A DNA stretch of 64,000 nt, taken from a virus. Numbering within the stretch: the first letter of the stretch is position 1; each line of letters opens with the position of its first letter. The translations under genes were made by a program, and so were the position numbers. The DNA is taken from the IMG/VR virus record IMGVR_UViG_3300031466_000110. One strand, 5' to 3'. Under the pieces are notes generated by a model that was not told the origin of the DNA, made no database searches, and was given only the letters and a program-made list of their open reading frames with translations. Positions 18,729 through 27,253 of the stretch are shown piece after piece.

Positions 18729-19719
18729 GACTACCCCTCCTTACGCTTTTCTTCACACTGCGTGGTAAATACACCACAAGGTGCGTAATTTCATCCGACA
18801 AGTCAAAACCCCGTTGCAGGGCGACGGAGCCGATTCGCGTAGTGGGAACAATGATGTGATAAATACCGGAGTCATCTTCCTGCTCTTCGATATACTTACG
18901 GAAATTGTACTTCAAATCCCGAGGTCGATCCGTGAAATCCAAAGTATGCACATAACCCCCAAGATCATGAGCGCGAAGGGCGGCGTCCGTCTCATTGAAG
19001 AACTGCTCAATTCGATAGACCTTGGTAATATCCGTGCGGAGCTTGGTGTTCTTCTTAGGCTTCGGTTTAATGAAGCGGTTAAACGCCGTTCCAACCGCCA
19101 ACCCCATCGCATCACACACGTCCTCACGCGGCTTAGGTTCCGTGTCGCTGAACCCGATTAAGCGTAACGCTTCAATCGTGTCTTTTTTATCGTCTCTCGA
19201 ACCTTTAACCGAAGGAGAATACCCGGAGACTTTCTTAAGTCCGGATTTCCATTCAGAGTTGCCCTCCCGAAGAAGGGCTTTTGCCTGAATTACCCCGTCC
19301 GCGATAAGATCGTCAGGAATAACATTGAGTTGATAGAGGATTTTATTGGTACGGAAGTTTACCCCTCCAATTACATCCTCCACCAGCACATGATCGAAGG
19401 AATACCCCCGCGTGATCTCTTTCAAAAACTCACGAAATTCCTGTCGACGTCCCAAGTCGTCCAAGGCTTCAAGTTTACGTGTTCCAAAAGCAAGCTCACC
19501 TTGGACATAACGCACCCAGCCCGTGCTGTTAACAGAAATGTCAAGGCTAAGGAAATCTCCCAAATGAGCGATTACGTCCTTAAACGTTACCGCACGAATA
19601 GAAAGAAGGAAATCTGTTGGTGTGTCTGCTTTCGCGCCACCAAGATCCGGGATCTGTAAGAGATGGGAAATATCTGTTGAAACAACAGGTTTGAAAAATC
19701 GCGCCCGTGGTATTGACAC
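18670..19719 (-). CDS. RuvC-like Holliday junction resolvase with C-terminal extension
   Basis: LSLDISVNSTGW, VLVEDV and EDVCDAMGLA give the D/E/D/D acidic tetrad spacing; RBS AAGGAGGGG. Confidence 0.7.
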   Translation of the reverse strand: MSIPRARFFKPVVSTDISHLLQIPDLGGAKADTPTDFLLSIRAVTFKDVIAHLGDFLSLDISVNSTGWVRYVQGELAFGTRKLEALDDLGRRQEFREFLKEITRGYSFDHVLVEDVIGGVNFRTNKILYQLNVIPDDLIADGVIQAKALLREGNSEWKSGLKKVSGYSPSVKGSRDDKKDTIEALRLIGFSDTEPKPREDVCDAMGLAVGTAFNRFIKPKPKKNTKLRTDITKVYRIEQFFNETDAALRAHDLGGYVHTLDFTDRPRDLKYNFRKYIEEQEDDSGIYHIIVPTTRIGSVALQRGFDLSDEITHLVVYLPRSVKKSVRRGSHAGVSESTTASGCSTDGIS

Positions 19720-19736
19720 ATATACCCCTCCTTTCC

Positions 19737-20321
19737 TTATAACATTCCGTCAGACGGACGAGATTCACTCAAATACGCCGAAATGACCAAATCCAAGTTG
19801 GCGAAGTTGCTGATTCTATCCTCCAGCGAAAGATTGGATTTAATAATCCGGTCATTACTTTTGGTGAAATCCAACAAAGAAGGTTGAGTCTTCGGAAGGG
19901 AGAGTGCGTCCTTATCCAAAAGAATACCCCGTGCCCGCTGGAAAGGAGAGTCCGTGTCGTCCCCAGATTCCTCATCAAGCTGAATGTTATAAAGCTGAGC
20001 AAGGATATGCACAACTTCCTTCACAGTTTTCTTAATACCATGATACTGCTGAAGGATCATTTGATGCGTCCTAATGACATCCCCAGAATACCCGCAACCG
20101 AAACAGTGGAAAACACCGCCCTCTTCCCAGTTACGGAAAGAAGGGTCGGTGTCATGATGGAATGGACAAAGCCCTGAGTTGCGAGAAGGTGACATAGGTT
20201 GAAACTGCCGCTTGGCAAGCGGAGCCAGCGGCACAATTTGTTCGTTATAATAGCGGACGCGATCAACGCCCTTGAGAACCCGAAGTTCATTGACCGAACG
20301 TTTGCGTTTAATAGGCGGCAT
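19737..20321 (-). CDS. Stand-alone CHC2 zinc-finger (DnaG zinc-binding domain) protein
   Basis: GLCPFHHDTDPSF...FHCFGCGYSGDVI; only 194 aa, no TOPRIM domain. Confidence 0.85.
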   Translation of the reverse strand: MPPIKRKRSVNELRVLKGVDRVRYYNEQIVPLAPLAKRQFQPMSPSRNSGLCPFHHDTDPSFRNWEEGGVFHCFGCGYSGDVIRTHQMILQQYHGIKKTVKEVVHILAQLYNIQLDEESGDDTDSPFQRARGILLDKDALSLPKTQPSLLDFTKSNDRIIKSNLSLEDRISNFANLDLVISAYLSESRPSDGML

Positions 20322-20325
20322 ACCG

Positions 20326-20733
20326 TCACAACCTCAAATCTTTATTAAAGTTATCCATATAACGATAGTACAACACCGATTCGCGAAGATCATTTTCCTT
20401 CAAATAATCGATGCAGTAGGTGTAGAGGTATCGCATAAGTTCCGTGAACTGCAGATTGAAAATGCGCGGAACCTCAAAAACTACAACCGAGGACTCCCTA
20501 CCCCAGTTCCAGTAGTAAAAATCGTCATCTACCTTGCAAGCATATTTACGCGCTGAAGGAGAAAGATGCCGTTCCGCAAAAACTTTGGTTACCATGAGCA
20601 GACCATTCGTCTGATCAATTTTCACATTCCGACTAAGGATGTAGTAACTCGACGAGTCCGTGGTGGACTTACCACGAATATTCACCCTGGGAGCATGAGT
20701 TTTCGCGTTCTTTTTCACACTTTGATTACTCAC
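20326..20733 (-). CDS. Hypothetical protein
   Basis: 135-aa ORF coupled to the EAL gene (ATGA overlap). Confidence 0.65.
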   Translation of the reverse strand: MSNQSVKKNAKTHAPRVNIRGKSTTDSSSYYILSRNVKIDQTNGLLMVTKVFAERHLSPSARKYACKVDDDFYYWNWGRESSVVVFEVPRIFNLQFTELMRYLYTYCIDYLKENDLRESVLYYRYMDNFNKDLRL

Positions 20734-21521
20734 TTCGAACCCTCCTTAATCAATAAAGCAGTCAAATTATCTAAAGTTAAAGGCTTCGACAAATAGTACC
20801 CCTGCAGTTTATCTACCCCAAGTCGCCGTGCCAATTCGAGATGCTCCGCAGACTCCACACCCTCAAGGGTAGTAAGAATATTCAACTTCTTACAAAGCTT
20901 CACAATACTATGAAGAATAGCAAAGTTGCGCGTTGAACCAAAATAAAACGGGCTTAAGAAAGCTTGATCCAACTTTAACTCTGAAAAGTTACTATCGTGT
21001 AAATACATGAGGGAGGTCGAACCTGAACCAAAATCATCAATAATAAGCGTTACTCCTTCAGCAACTACCAAAATCTCAGGATGTTGATGAATGTACCCCC
21101 TCGGGAGGATGTGCGTCTCCGTAACCTCCAACATCAAGAAGCAAGGATCTACTCCCTGCGTCTGAAGCGTATGTAATACCTTATAACTAAACTCCGGCAA
21201 AAAGACCAAACTGAAAGGAACATTCACCGACAACTTAAAAGAGGGAGAAAGATACTCCTTCAACTGACTCAACGCCAAATTCAGCGTATAGAAGAAAAAG
21301 TAAGAATTAAGAATGGAGTTCTCAATAACCGGGATATAATCAGCCGCAGAAAGAAGCGAGTCCTTAGAGTTCCAACGTGTCAAACACTCCACCCCGGCTA
21401 AAGAAAGGGTTGAGTCATTGTTATAAATGGGTTGGTACAAATTGAAAAATTCGTTCCTATCCAAACCCTGCTTTATTCTGGACAACAAGTCCAAGTCCTG
21501 ATGAAGTGAAATATGCTCCAT
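20730..21521 (-). CDS. Stand-alone EAL-domain c-di-GMP phosphodiesterase
   Basis: YQPI, ECLTRW, SVNV, LEVTE, IDDFGSG, KLD, EGVE and QGY all present; ATG 21521 after GGAGGT. Confidence 0.9.
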   Translation of the reverse strand: MEHISLHQDLDLLSRIKQGLDRNEFFNLYQPIYNNDSTLSLAGVECLTRWNSKDSLLSAADYIPVIENSILNSYFFFYTLNLALSQLKEYLSPSFKLSVNVPFSLVFLPEFSYKVLHTLQTQGVDPCFLMLEVTETHILPRGYIHQHPEILVVAEGVTLIIDDFGSGSTSLMYLHDSNFSELKLDQAFLSPFYFGSTRNFAILHSIVKLCKKLNILTTLEGVESAEHLELARRLGVDKLQGYYLSKPLTLDNLTALLIKEGSK

Positions 21522-21536
21522 AAGCAACCTCCAACA

Positions 21537-21737
21537 TCAATCGTCACCTGCAAACCAAAAATAAACCAAGAAAGTTGGAATTGATATTCCAAGAACTGAT
21601 ACCGTCGAATCCGGCGACGGAAGCAACTCAGGAGGAAAGATCTCGACCAAATCGTTATAAAAAGACGCATACAAGCTGGTGAAAATTCGAGAAAGTGGAG
21701 AAGTAAGAAACTCCCACAATGCCGCCATGTTCATCAA
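21537..21737 (-). CDS. Small membrane protein
   Basis: 66 aa, hydrophobic C-terminus, RBS AAAGGGG. Confidence 0.55.
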   Translation of the reverse strand: MMNMAALWEFLTSPLSRIFTSLYASFYNDLVEIFPPELLPSPDSTVSVLGISIPTFLVYFWFAGDD

Positions 21738-21745
21738 TCCCCTTT

Positions 21746-21961
21746 CTACTCATCTGGTTTCTCGTAAAAGTAACCTCGTACCCCCGAGAGCTTCATTACT
21801 CGCACTGCCAATAAATCCAGTGCAAAAACGATCAAGACCGAGATCAATACCCCCTGCCACCCTTCTAGGGGTAAATAACGATGCGTCAACAGGTACGCTA
21901 ACACGACCATAAACGTCCGCACCAAAGCACGAAGACTTCTTTTCCTATGCAACAAATTCAT
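21746..21961 (-). CDS. Small two-TM membrane protein
   Basis: 71 aa, two hydrophobic helices, RBS AAAGGAG. Confidence 0.6.
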   Translation of the reverse strand: MNLLHRKRSLRALVRTFMVVLAYLLTHRYLPLEGWQGVLISVLIVFALDLLAVRVMKLSGVRGYFYEKPDE

Positions 21962-22031
21962 ACGAAGACTCCTTTGCGTATTTACTCAATATACCCTCAT
22001 GTCTGCACAGGGGATACTACCTTATAAAGAC

Positions 22032-22069
22032 AAAAAGAAAAGGTTCGACCAGTAATAGATCGAACCTTT
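22032..22069 (-). terminator. Intrinsic terminator ending the parM-ATPase operon
   Basis: Stem AAAGGTTCGA/TCGAACCTTT followed by a T tract on the minus strand. Confidence 0.75.
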
Positions 22070-22090
22070 CGGAAGTAGAGTGACAAAGTA

Positions 22091-22261
22091 TTAGTTTGCT
22101 TGCGCTACCGGAGCTTGCTCCCTTACGGAACGTTGCAAAACTTGCGCCTCCAAAATCGGAATCAATGCCAACCCTTCCGGGGTAAGATACTCAGAAGCGG
22201 CTTTAGAACGAATCACCACAACTTCCGAATAGACCAACAGATCTTTCACAGAGAAGCTCAT
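22091..22261 (-). CDS. 56-aa protein missing from the ORF track
   Basis: GGGAGG RBS 7 nt before ATG; MSFSVKDLLVYSEVVVIRSKAASEYLTPEGLALIPILEAQVLQRSVREQAPVAQAN*. Confidence 0.65.
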   Translation of the reverse strand: MSFSVKDLLVYSEVVVIRSKAASEYLTPEGLALIPILEAQVLQRSVREQAPVAQAN

Positions 22262-22285
22262 TTAGATTCCTCCCTAAAAAGTAAT

Positions 22286-25081
22286 TTATTCGTCAACTCT
22301 TGACTTAGCAAGAGAACTACGAACGGTCTTTGAGTTCGTAACTCTGGAATTCTTACCAGAGTTCGATGCAGAAGACTTACTACCAGATGGCGATACCCCT
22401 TCCTCATCCGGCTCCGAAGACTCCCCAGCGAGAGATTTTGCATAACGATTTCGCTCACGAATGCTTTCCATAACCTCTTCAATAGGTCGACCAAAACGCT
22501 TCGAGTGCTCAAGAGTCAGATGCGAATTGTCCCGCGTCGGATATCGTTCCGAAACCAACGGAAGGGAATCTGCAACGAACGGATCGTAATACTCACCATC
22601 CTGATTGAGCCAAATACCGATATACTGAAACTTCTTCGTGGCTTCAAAGGCTTCTTGTGGAGAAGTAAAAGTGCGTGACAAGTAAGGAAACAATTCCTTA
22701 TAAACTTCCTCATTCGTATTACGGAACAAATGCCAGTTAACCGAAGCCGATTTCATAATATCCACAAATCCCGGTACGTCGCGGAACTGCTTAAAATTGT
22801 GGAAAATGAGCGTCGGAATGAACCGGTATTTCGGTCCTTCTGCAAAAATACGTTGAATAAAATGTGCCAATTCCTTAGTCATATACTGATGAGGTTCGTT
22901 CAAAATGAGGAACGTCCCTTCATTGTTACGAGACTTACCGTCCTGCGCTAATTTAATAAGGAAAGTTACAAGAACGATCCAATAACACAGAATTTCGATA
23001 ACCCGACGGGGCATTACCCCAGTCTTCATGCGGAAGATAATGACCTTCCCTTCGTCAATGAATTTATACAAATCAAGTTCCGGATTCGGAAGCTGACAAA
23101 AAATCGGTTTCAAATACTCGCTATTAACAATTTGCCCCAAACGACGCATGATTGGCGTATAAATCATAACTTGTTGCTTTTCCGAAAGCGCGTCATAGTC
23201 ATCCCAAATATCCGTATCCAACGTCGACGGAGCTTTCATGCGAAGCTCATCCCGATACCCCTTCGAAGTAAAGATGTGTCGAATCGCTAACATATCAGCA
23301 TTCGCCAGCTTAGAAGCCTCGCGGAGAAACTCGGAAGTCTGCAAACGATCCGCATCAGAGTCCGTAAGCAAGAACGAGCAAATTTCCTCCGCCACCCGGT
23401 CAGCGGCGATGCGAGAATCGTCAATGAGCTTGATAATCGGTTCAAGTCCAAGATAAATTGGGTTCTTGTAATCCATAAGATTAAGATCAATAACGTATTC
23501 CGGTGGTAAATGATCCCGAATCGCATCCGCCATACCCCGATGCCCATTCTGCTCGTTAATGACGTCCAAGACCACCGCACCCATACGATGATTCATGCGC
23601 CCTTCAACCACAAGGTTGATAACGTGCTGATCTTTCCCCATACGCGGTGAACCAACAACAATACGCGCAGTTGATGCCAAATCCAAATTTTTACGCTGAA
23701 TATGCACATCCAAGACCTCACCACGATTAGTAACCGTACCCGCCAACAAACCGTGATCTTCTGCCAGTTCATCAGAAATATCAATTTCAACCCTACGATT
23801 AGACTCCAAACAATCCTCAAACTCCCTTTGTAACTCCGCAGTAGGCAGTTGTTCCAACTTCCCAACCTCCTCAACACTCATAACATTTGGATTGAGGAAC
23901 TCAGTCTTAAACTTCCGAAGTTTGATAAGCTCCTCACGCAAATTATTCTTAACCTGCTTTAAGACAAGTGCGTTATCCCCATTAAGTTCCGACAAAGTGT
24001 TAGCAAACGACCTACCAAGCATGGAACGCTTAACCTTATCTGGAGAAGTAACCGTAATGATGATATGCGTTTTGAAAGTTGGTAAGAAACGCTTTGTCTT
24101 AGTCCGACGAGAAAGATCTCCATTGACCAACAGAGCTTGACGTTCTGCAGAGACATAAGAGTACTCTCGATACATCGGCTGATCTTCACTACCCCCGAAA
24201 AATAATGCTCCGCGAAAACCCCGCAAAATATCCTCGACCATGTTGATGGTGTAGGTGTAGCTATAACTACCGAATTTGATAAGCTGGTCTTTCAACGCCT
24301 GAGCATCGAACCCTTCCTTCGGAGGAACATCACCACGATCCCATACCTTCCAAGTGTAATCCGTAATGTTTTGCCATCTTCGACGAGGAACAGCCTCCGT
24401 CTTTACGATAAACTGAATTTGCTCGCCGGGAGCAAGCTCCCTAACCAAACCCATCATTTCTCGGATAGGAAGATGCTGATCTTTATAGTCAAACTCAAGC
24501 GAGAACATGCTGTTTCGCTTATACTTCAGCAGGAACATGTCAGTATTTTCAAGAGGGGGATGCTGATAAGAGTACCCCTGAGCGCGAACCTCCGCATCCT
24601 GCAGGTTTTTCAAGGTACACTTAGACCACTGCAAATGGTTGGAAAACTTGATCTCAAAAGCATCCGCAAAGTCAACAGGAAGGGCTACATAGAAGCCAAT
24701 ACGATGATTATACTGCCCTTCCTGACCCTCTAATCCTTCAAGCACCATCATCCACCAGAAAGACGGATTCTGCGAAATATTCAAATACAGATTATCCGCT
24801 TTGAACGATGAAAAGAATTTAGTACCCCGTTCCCAAGGGAACAAACCAACTTTATAATTCAGCAACTCATACAGAGAAGACTGAAAACGCCGAGAGGATG
24901 AATTGAGAGTCGAGGAATGAGGAATAATCTGATATATCGCAAAATCGTACTCCTCATTTACCAAGACCCGGTCGATTAAAGACCGCAAAGGGGCGGGGAG
25001 CTGGTCTAAAAACGACGGTTGCAACTCATCCTCGGACGGGAGTTCCCTTCGCTTGAAGGTAAATAAACGCTTCGCATTCAT
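22286..25081 (-). CDS. VirB4/TraG/HerA-like P-loop transfer ATPase
   Basis: Walker A GSPRMGKD, Walker B variant LILNEPHQ; start refined to ATG 25081, an ATGA overlap with the upstream gene. Confidence 0.75.
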   Translation of the reverse strand: MNAKRLFTFKRRELPSEDELQPSFLDQLPAPLRSLIDRVLVNEEYDFAIYQIIPHSSTLNSSSRRFQSSLYELLNYKVGLFPWERGTKFFSSFKADNLYLNISQNPSFWWMMVLEGLEGQEGQYNHRIGFYVALPVDFADAFEIKFSNHLQWSKCTLKNLQDAEVRAQGYSYQHPPLENTDMFLLKYKRNSMFSLEFDYKDQHLPIREMMGLVRELAPGEQIQFIVKTEAVPRRRWQNITDYTWKVWDRGDVPPKEGFDAQALKDQLIKFGSYSYTYTINMVEDILRGFRGALFFGGSEDQPMYREYSYVSAERQALLVNGDLSRRTKTKRFLPTFKTHIIITVTSPDKVKRSMLGRSFANTLSELNGDNALVLKQVKNNLREELIKLRKFKTEFLNPNVMSVEEVGKLEQLPTAELQREFEDCLESNRRVEIDISDELAEDHGLLAGTVTNRGEVLDVHIQRKNLDLASTARIVVGSPRMGKDQHVINLVVEGRMNHRMGAVVLDVINEQNGHRGMADAIRDHLPPEYVIDLNLMDYKNPIYLGLEPIIKLIDDSRIAADRVAEEICSFLLTDSDADRLQTSEFLREASKLANADMLAIRHIFTSKGYRDELRMKAPSTLDTDIWDDYDALSEKQQVMIYTPIMRRLGQIVNSEYLKPIFCQLPNPELDLYKFIDEGKVIIFRMKTGVMPRRVIEILCYWIVLVTFLIKLAQDGKSRNNEGTFLILNEPHQYMTKELAHFIQRIFAEGPKYRFIPTLIFHNFKQFRDVPGFVDIMKSASVNWHLFRNTNEEVYKELFPYLSRTFTSPQEAFEATKKFQYIGIWLNQDGEYYDPFVADSLPLVSERYPTRDNSHLTLEHSKRFGRPIEEVMESIRERNRYAKSLAGESSEPDEEGVSPSGSKSSASNSGKNSRVTNSKTVRSSLAKSRVDE

Positions 25082-25404
25082 GTCAGAATCCGCAGGACAG
25101 CGCCCACGAACGCGATCAGCATAGCTCTCCCCGCCCAGACCCCCGGAGATTTCCCAATTAAGGGCGATACCATAATCCCGATAGCACAGACTATGATCCC
25201 AATCTCGATAAAGTCGACCGAATTGGCGACAATAAAGTCCCAAATGGAATGTAGAACTTTAACACACCAATTTGCCACCGGGATGACAATGTAGTCCATG
25301 AACTTATCTTGAACAAAACCTGCTATCCCACCTCCGCCTTCCTTTGCCACCTCCACTACAGGCTCCAGATAGGCGGCAACCTGCCCGTTAATACGGAGAA
25401 TCAT
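25078..25404 (-). CDS. Small two-TM membrane protein
   Basis: RBS AGGAGGTG; two hydrophobic helices. Confidence 0.7.
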   Translation of the reverse strand: MILRINGQVAAYLEPVVEVAKEGGGGIAGFVQDKFMDYIVIPVANWCVKVLHSIWDFIVANSVDFIEIGIIVCAIGIMVSPLIGKSPGVWAGRAMLIAFVGAVLRILT

Positions 25405-25416
25405 TTACCCCACCTC

Positions 25417-25875
25417 CTACCAAATTCTAAAGGTGTTTAACACATCCATAAAGATACGCTGAATTTCTTGCCCCTCCCGCCGCAGGATGTCCCCAAGTGT
25501 ACCCCCGCGACCGCCATGTGGGCGACGAGCGTAACCCCCATAACCGCCATAACTCGAAGGGCGTCGCGGCTGTACAGACCGGGTACGCACTTTTCCATAC
25601 CTAGAACGCGGCGCACCCCAAGAACCGTTGGCGAACGAATTGACAAACGATTCATCTGACTCCCAGTCATCATACGGAGCCGATTCAAAAGACTCCTCCT
25701 GCTTCCCGAAAGTGAAGGACTTGTTGCGACGACGTTTGGGCGCTCCCCAATCATTCGAGCCGCCCCAAGCATCGTCGCCCCAAGAAGATGAGAAGTCATT
25801 CGAGATCCCCAGATTTTCAAAGTCCAAATTGACGTTAGAAGACTTACCAAAGTCCCCAGTACGCTTAATCGCCAT
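25417..25875 (-). CDS. Low-complexity Gly/Ser/Trp-rich protein
   Basis: ATG 25875 after GGGAGG; four WG motifs; amphipathic C-terminus. Confidence 0.65.
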   Translation of the reverse strand: MAIKRTGDFGKSSNVNLDFENLGISNDFSSSWGDDAWGGSNDWGAPKRRRNKSFTFGKQEESFESAPYDDWESDESFVNSFANGSWGAPRSRYGKVRTRSVQPRRPSSYGGYGGYARRPHGGRGGTLGDILRREGQEIQRIFMDVLNTFRIW

Positions 25876-25900
25876 CGCAAAACCTCCCCACAAAATCGTA

Positions 25901-26782
25901 TCACAGCGACGCAAAGAACCGAGCGATATCATCATGATGCCGCACAATGATGTAACCAATACCCCCACTCAGCAACGTCTCAAGGGCGCGAGTCCGGTTG
26001 CCGAACATCCACGATACCCCCGCGAAGATAATGATACCCTTGATAAGGACGTCAACGAGCGAAAGTACCTGACGAATAACCATTTGCCAGCCCGGAGACG
26101 AACCAATCACCGCCGGAGCTTGCGCCATCACCGGAACTGCCGCCGCACTCCCCGGAATCGTAGCCGAAGAAGCCGCTACCCCCGAGAGTGGATCGACCGG
26201 AACCATCGTACTTACCGACAGCGGATCAGACATCAACGGTGTCGTCACCATATCAGAAGGAATCGAAGCCGGAGCAAAGGAAGACGAAACGCTCGAAAAG
26301 ACATGTTGGAAGAAGTCGGTAAAGAGATTACACAACAACGATATCCCCGGTGCGATAAAGTACGCCACGCAAGCAACCGTTGCGATTCGCAAAACCAAGA
26401 AGCCCGCCTTCTTAAGTGCCTCTCGGCGTTCCGGCGTAAGCCCTTCTTGCACCCCATCTTCTGCGAGCGAGTACACCTTGACATCCGGCTGTTTGACCGT
26501 TGGAGCGTCCGTCTTCACCCGATAGGAGAAAAACCAACGGTTCTTTCCTTCCGAAGCTGGGTTCGCTTGCAGGTCATCGAGCAGATTCAGATCCCGCAAA
26601 ACCGCCAAATCCTTCTGAGTCGGGCGATCAGACTTAGAAAACTGGAGTTTTTCCGACGACATAGAACAGGAAGTGTTCTTTGAAATTTCAAAGTCCGGAA
26701 AAATAAGCTCCTTCCGAAAAGAAGGATTGGAGCGTACCCCTAAATAAACTCGGGGCGTGGCATAACCAACTACCGCTACCAT
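25901..26782 (-). CDS. Membrane protein with C-terminal TrbC/VirB2-pilin-like hairpin
   Basis: TM helix, Pro/Ala/Ser linker, then VLSLVDVLIKGIIIFAGVSWMFGNRTRALETLLSGGIGYIIV; RBS AAGGGAG. Confidence 0.55.
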   Translation of the reverse strand: MVAVVGYATPRVYLGVRSNPSFRKELIFPDFEISKNTSCSMSSEKLQFSKSDRPTQKDLAVLRDLNLLDDLQANPASEGKNRWFFSYRVKTDAPTVKQPDVKVYSLAEDGVQEGLTPERREALKKAGFLVLRIATVACVAYFIAPGISLLCNLFTDFFQHVFSSVSSSFAPASIPSDMVTTPLMSDPLSVSTMVPVDPLSGVAASSATIPGSAAAVPVMAQAPAVIGSSPGWQMVIRQVLSLVDVLIKGIIIFAGVSWMFGNRTRALETLLSGGIGYIIVRHHDDIARFFASL

Positions 26783-26854
26783 AATTTCTCAACTCCCTTG
26801 CTGATTATTAAATAGGCTTTCGGACATCCTACAAAGAGAAAGGGGTGATCCCAC

Positions 26855-26920
26855 ATGAATTTTATCTGGATGGTTATAGGCGGTATTATCGGATACTGTA
26901 TGAACCAAGTGCTAGGATAA
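26855..26920 (+). CDS. 21-aa hydrophobic peptide, the only credible plus-strand gene
   Basis: AGAAAGGGGTGAT RBS; MNFIWMVIGGIIGYCMNQVLG*. Confidence 0.6.
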   Translation: MNFIWMVIGGIIGYCMNQVLG

Positions 26921-26936
26921 ATATAACATTCCGAAG

Positions 26937-27251
26937 CTAAAACATACTCGCCATTGATTCAGCATCAGAATACCCCCGATGCGGGGTGCTATCGGATTCC
27001 ACCTCTTCCACTACCGGAGTGGCGGATTCGAAGGGGAGGTTCATCGAACCGCCCTCCGACCGTGATACAAACGCAGACGACCCAACTGCCGCGATGGATG
27101 ACGCGCCATGCCGCATATAATGAAACAGAATCGAACGAGCAAAATCGCTAAAGTTTGACGTCTGCGAACAGCACCAATGATACAACTCCGCATGCGCGGG
27201 ATTCTTCATGTTGAAGACCACACCGCACCTTTTATACTGACTTTCACCCAC
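26937..27251 (-). CDS. ParR-like DNA-binding adaptor (probable ribbon-helix-helix)
   Basis: Directly downstream of parM; beta-strand GVVFN followed by helices (NFSDFARSILFHY) and an acidic tail. Confidence 0.6.
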   Translation of the reverse strand: MGESQYKRCGVVFNMKNPAHAELYHWCCSQTSNFSDFARSILFHYMRHGASSIAAVGSSAFVSRSEGGSMNLPFESATPVVEEVESDSTPHRGYSDAESMASMF

Positions 27252-27253
27252 CG

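Noticed and set aside
22286-25243. ORF-track N-terminal extensions (also 31153, 29851, 43935, 25968, 59679)
   Set aside because: They overlap upstream genes or terminators and lack an RBS; downstream starts have clear Shine-Dalgarno sequences or translational coupling.
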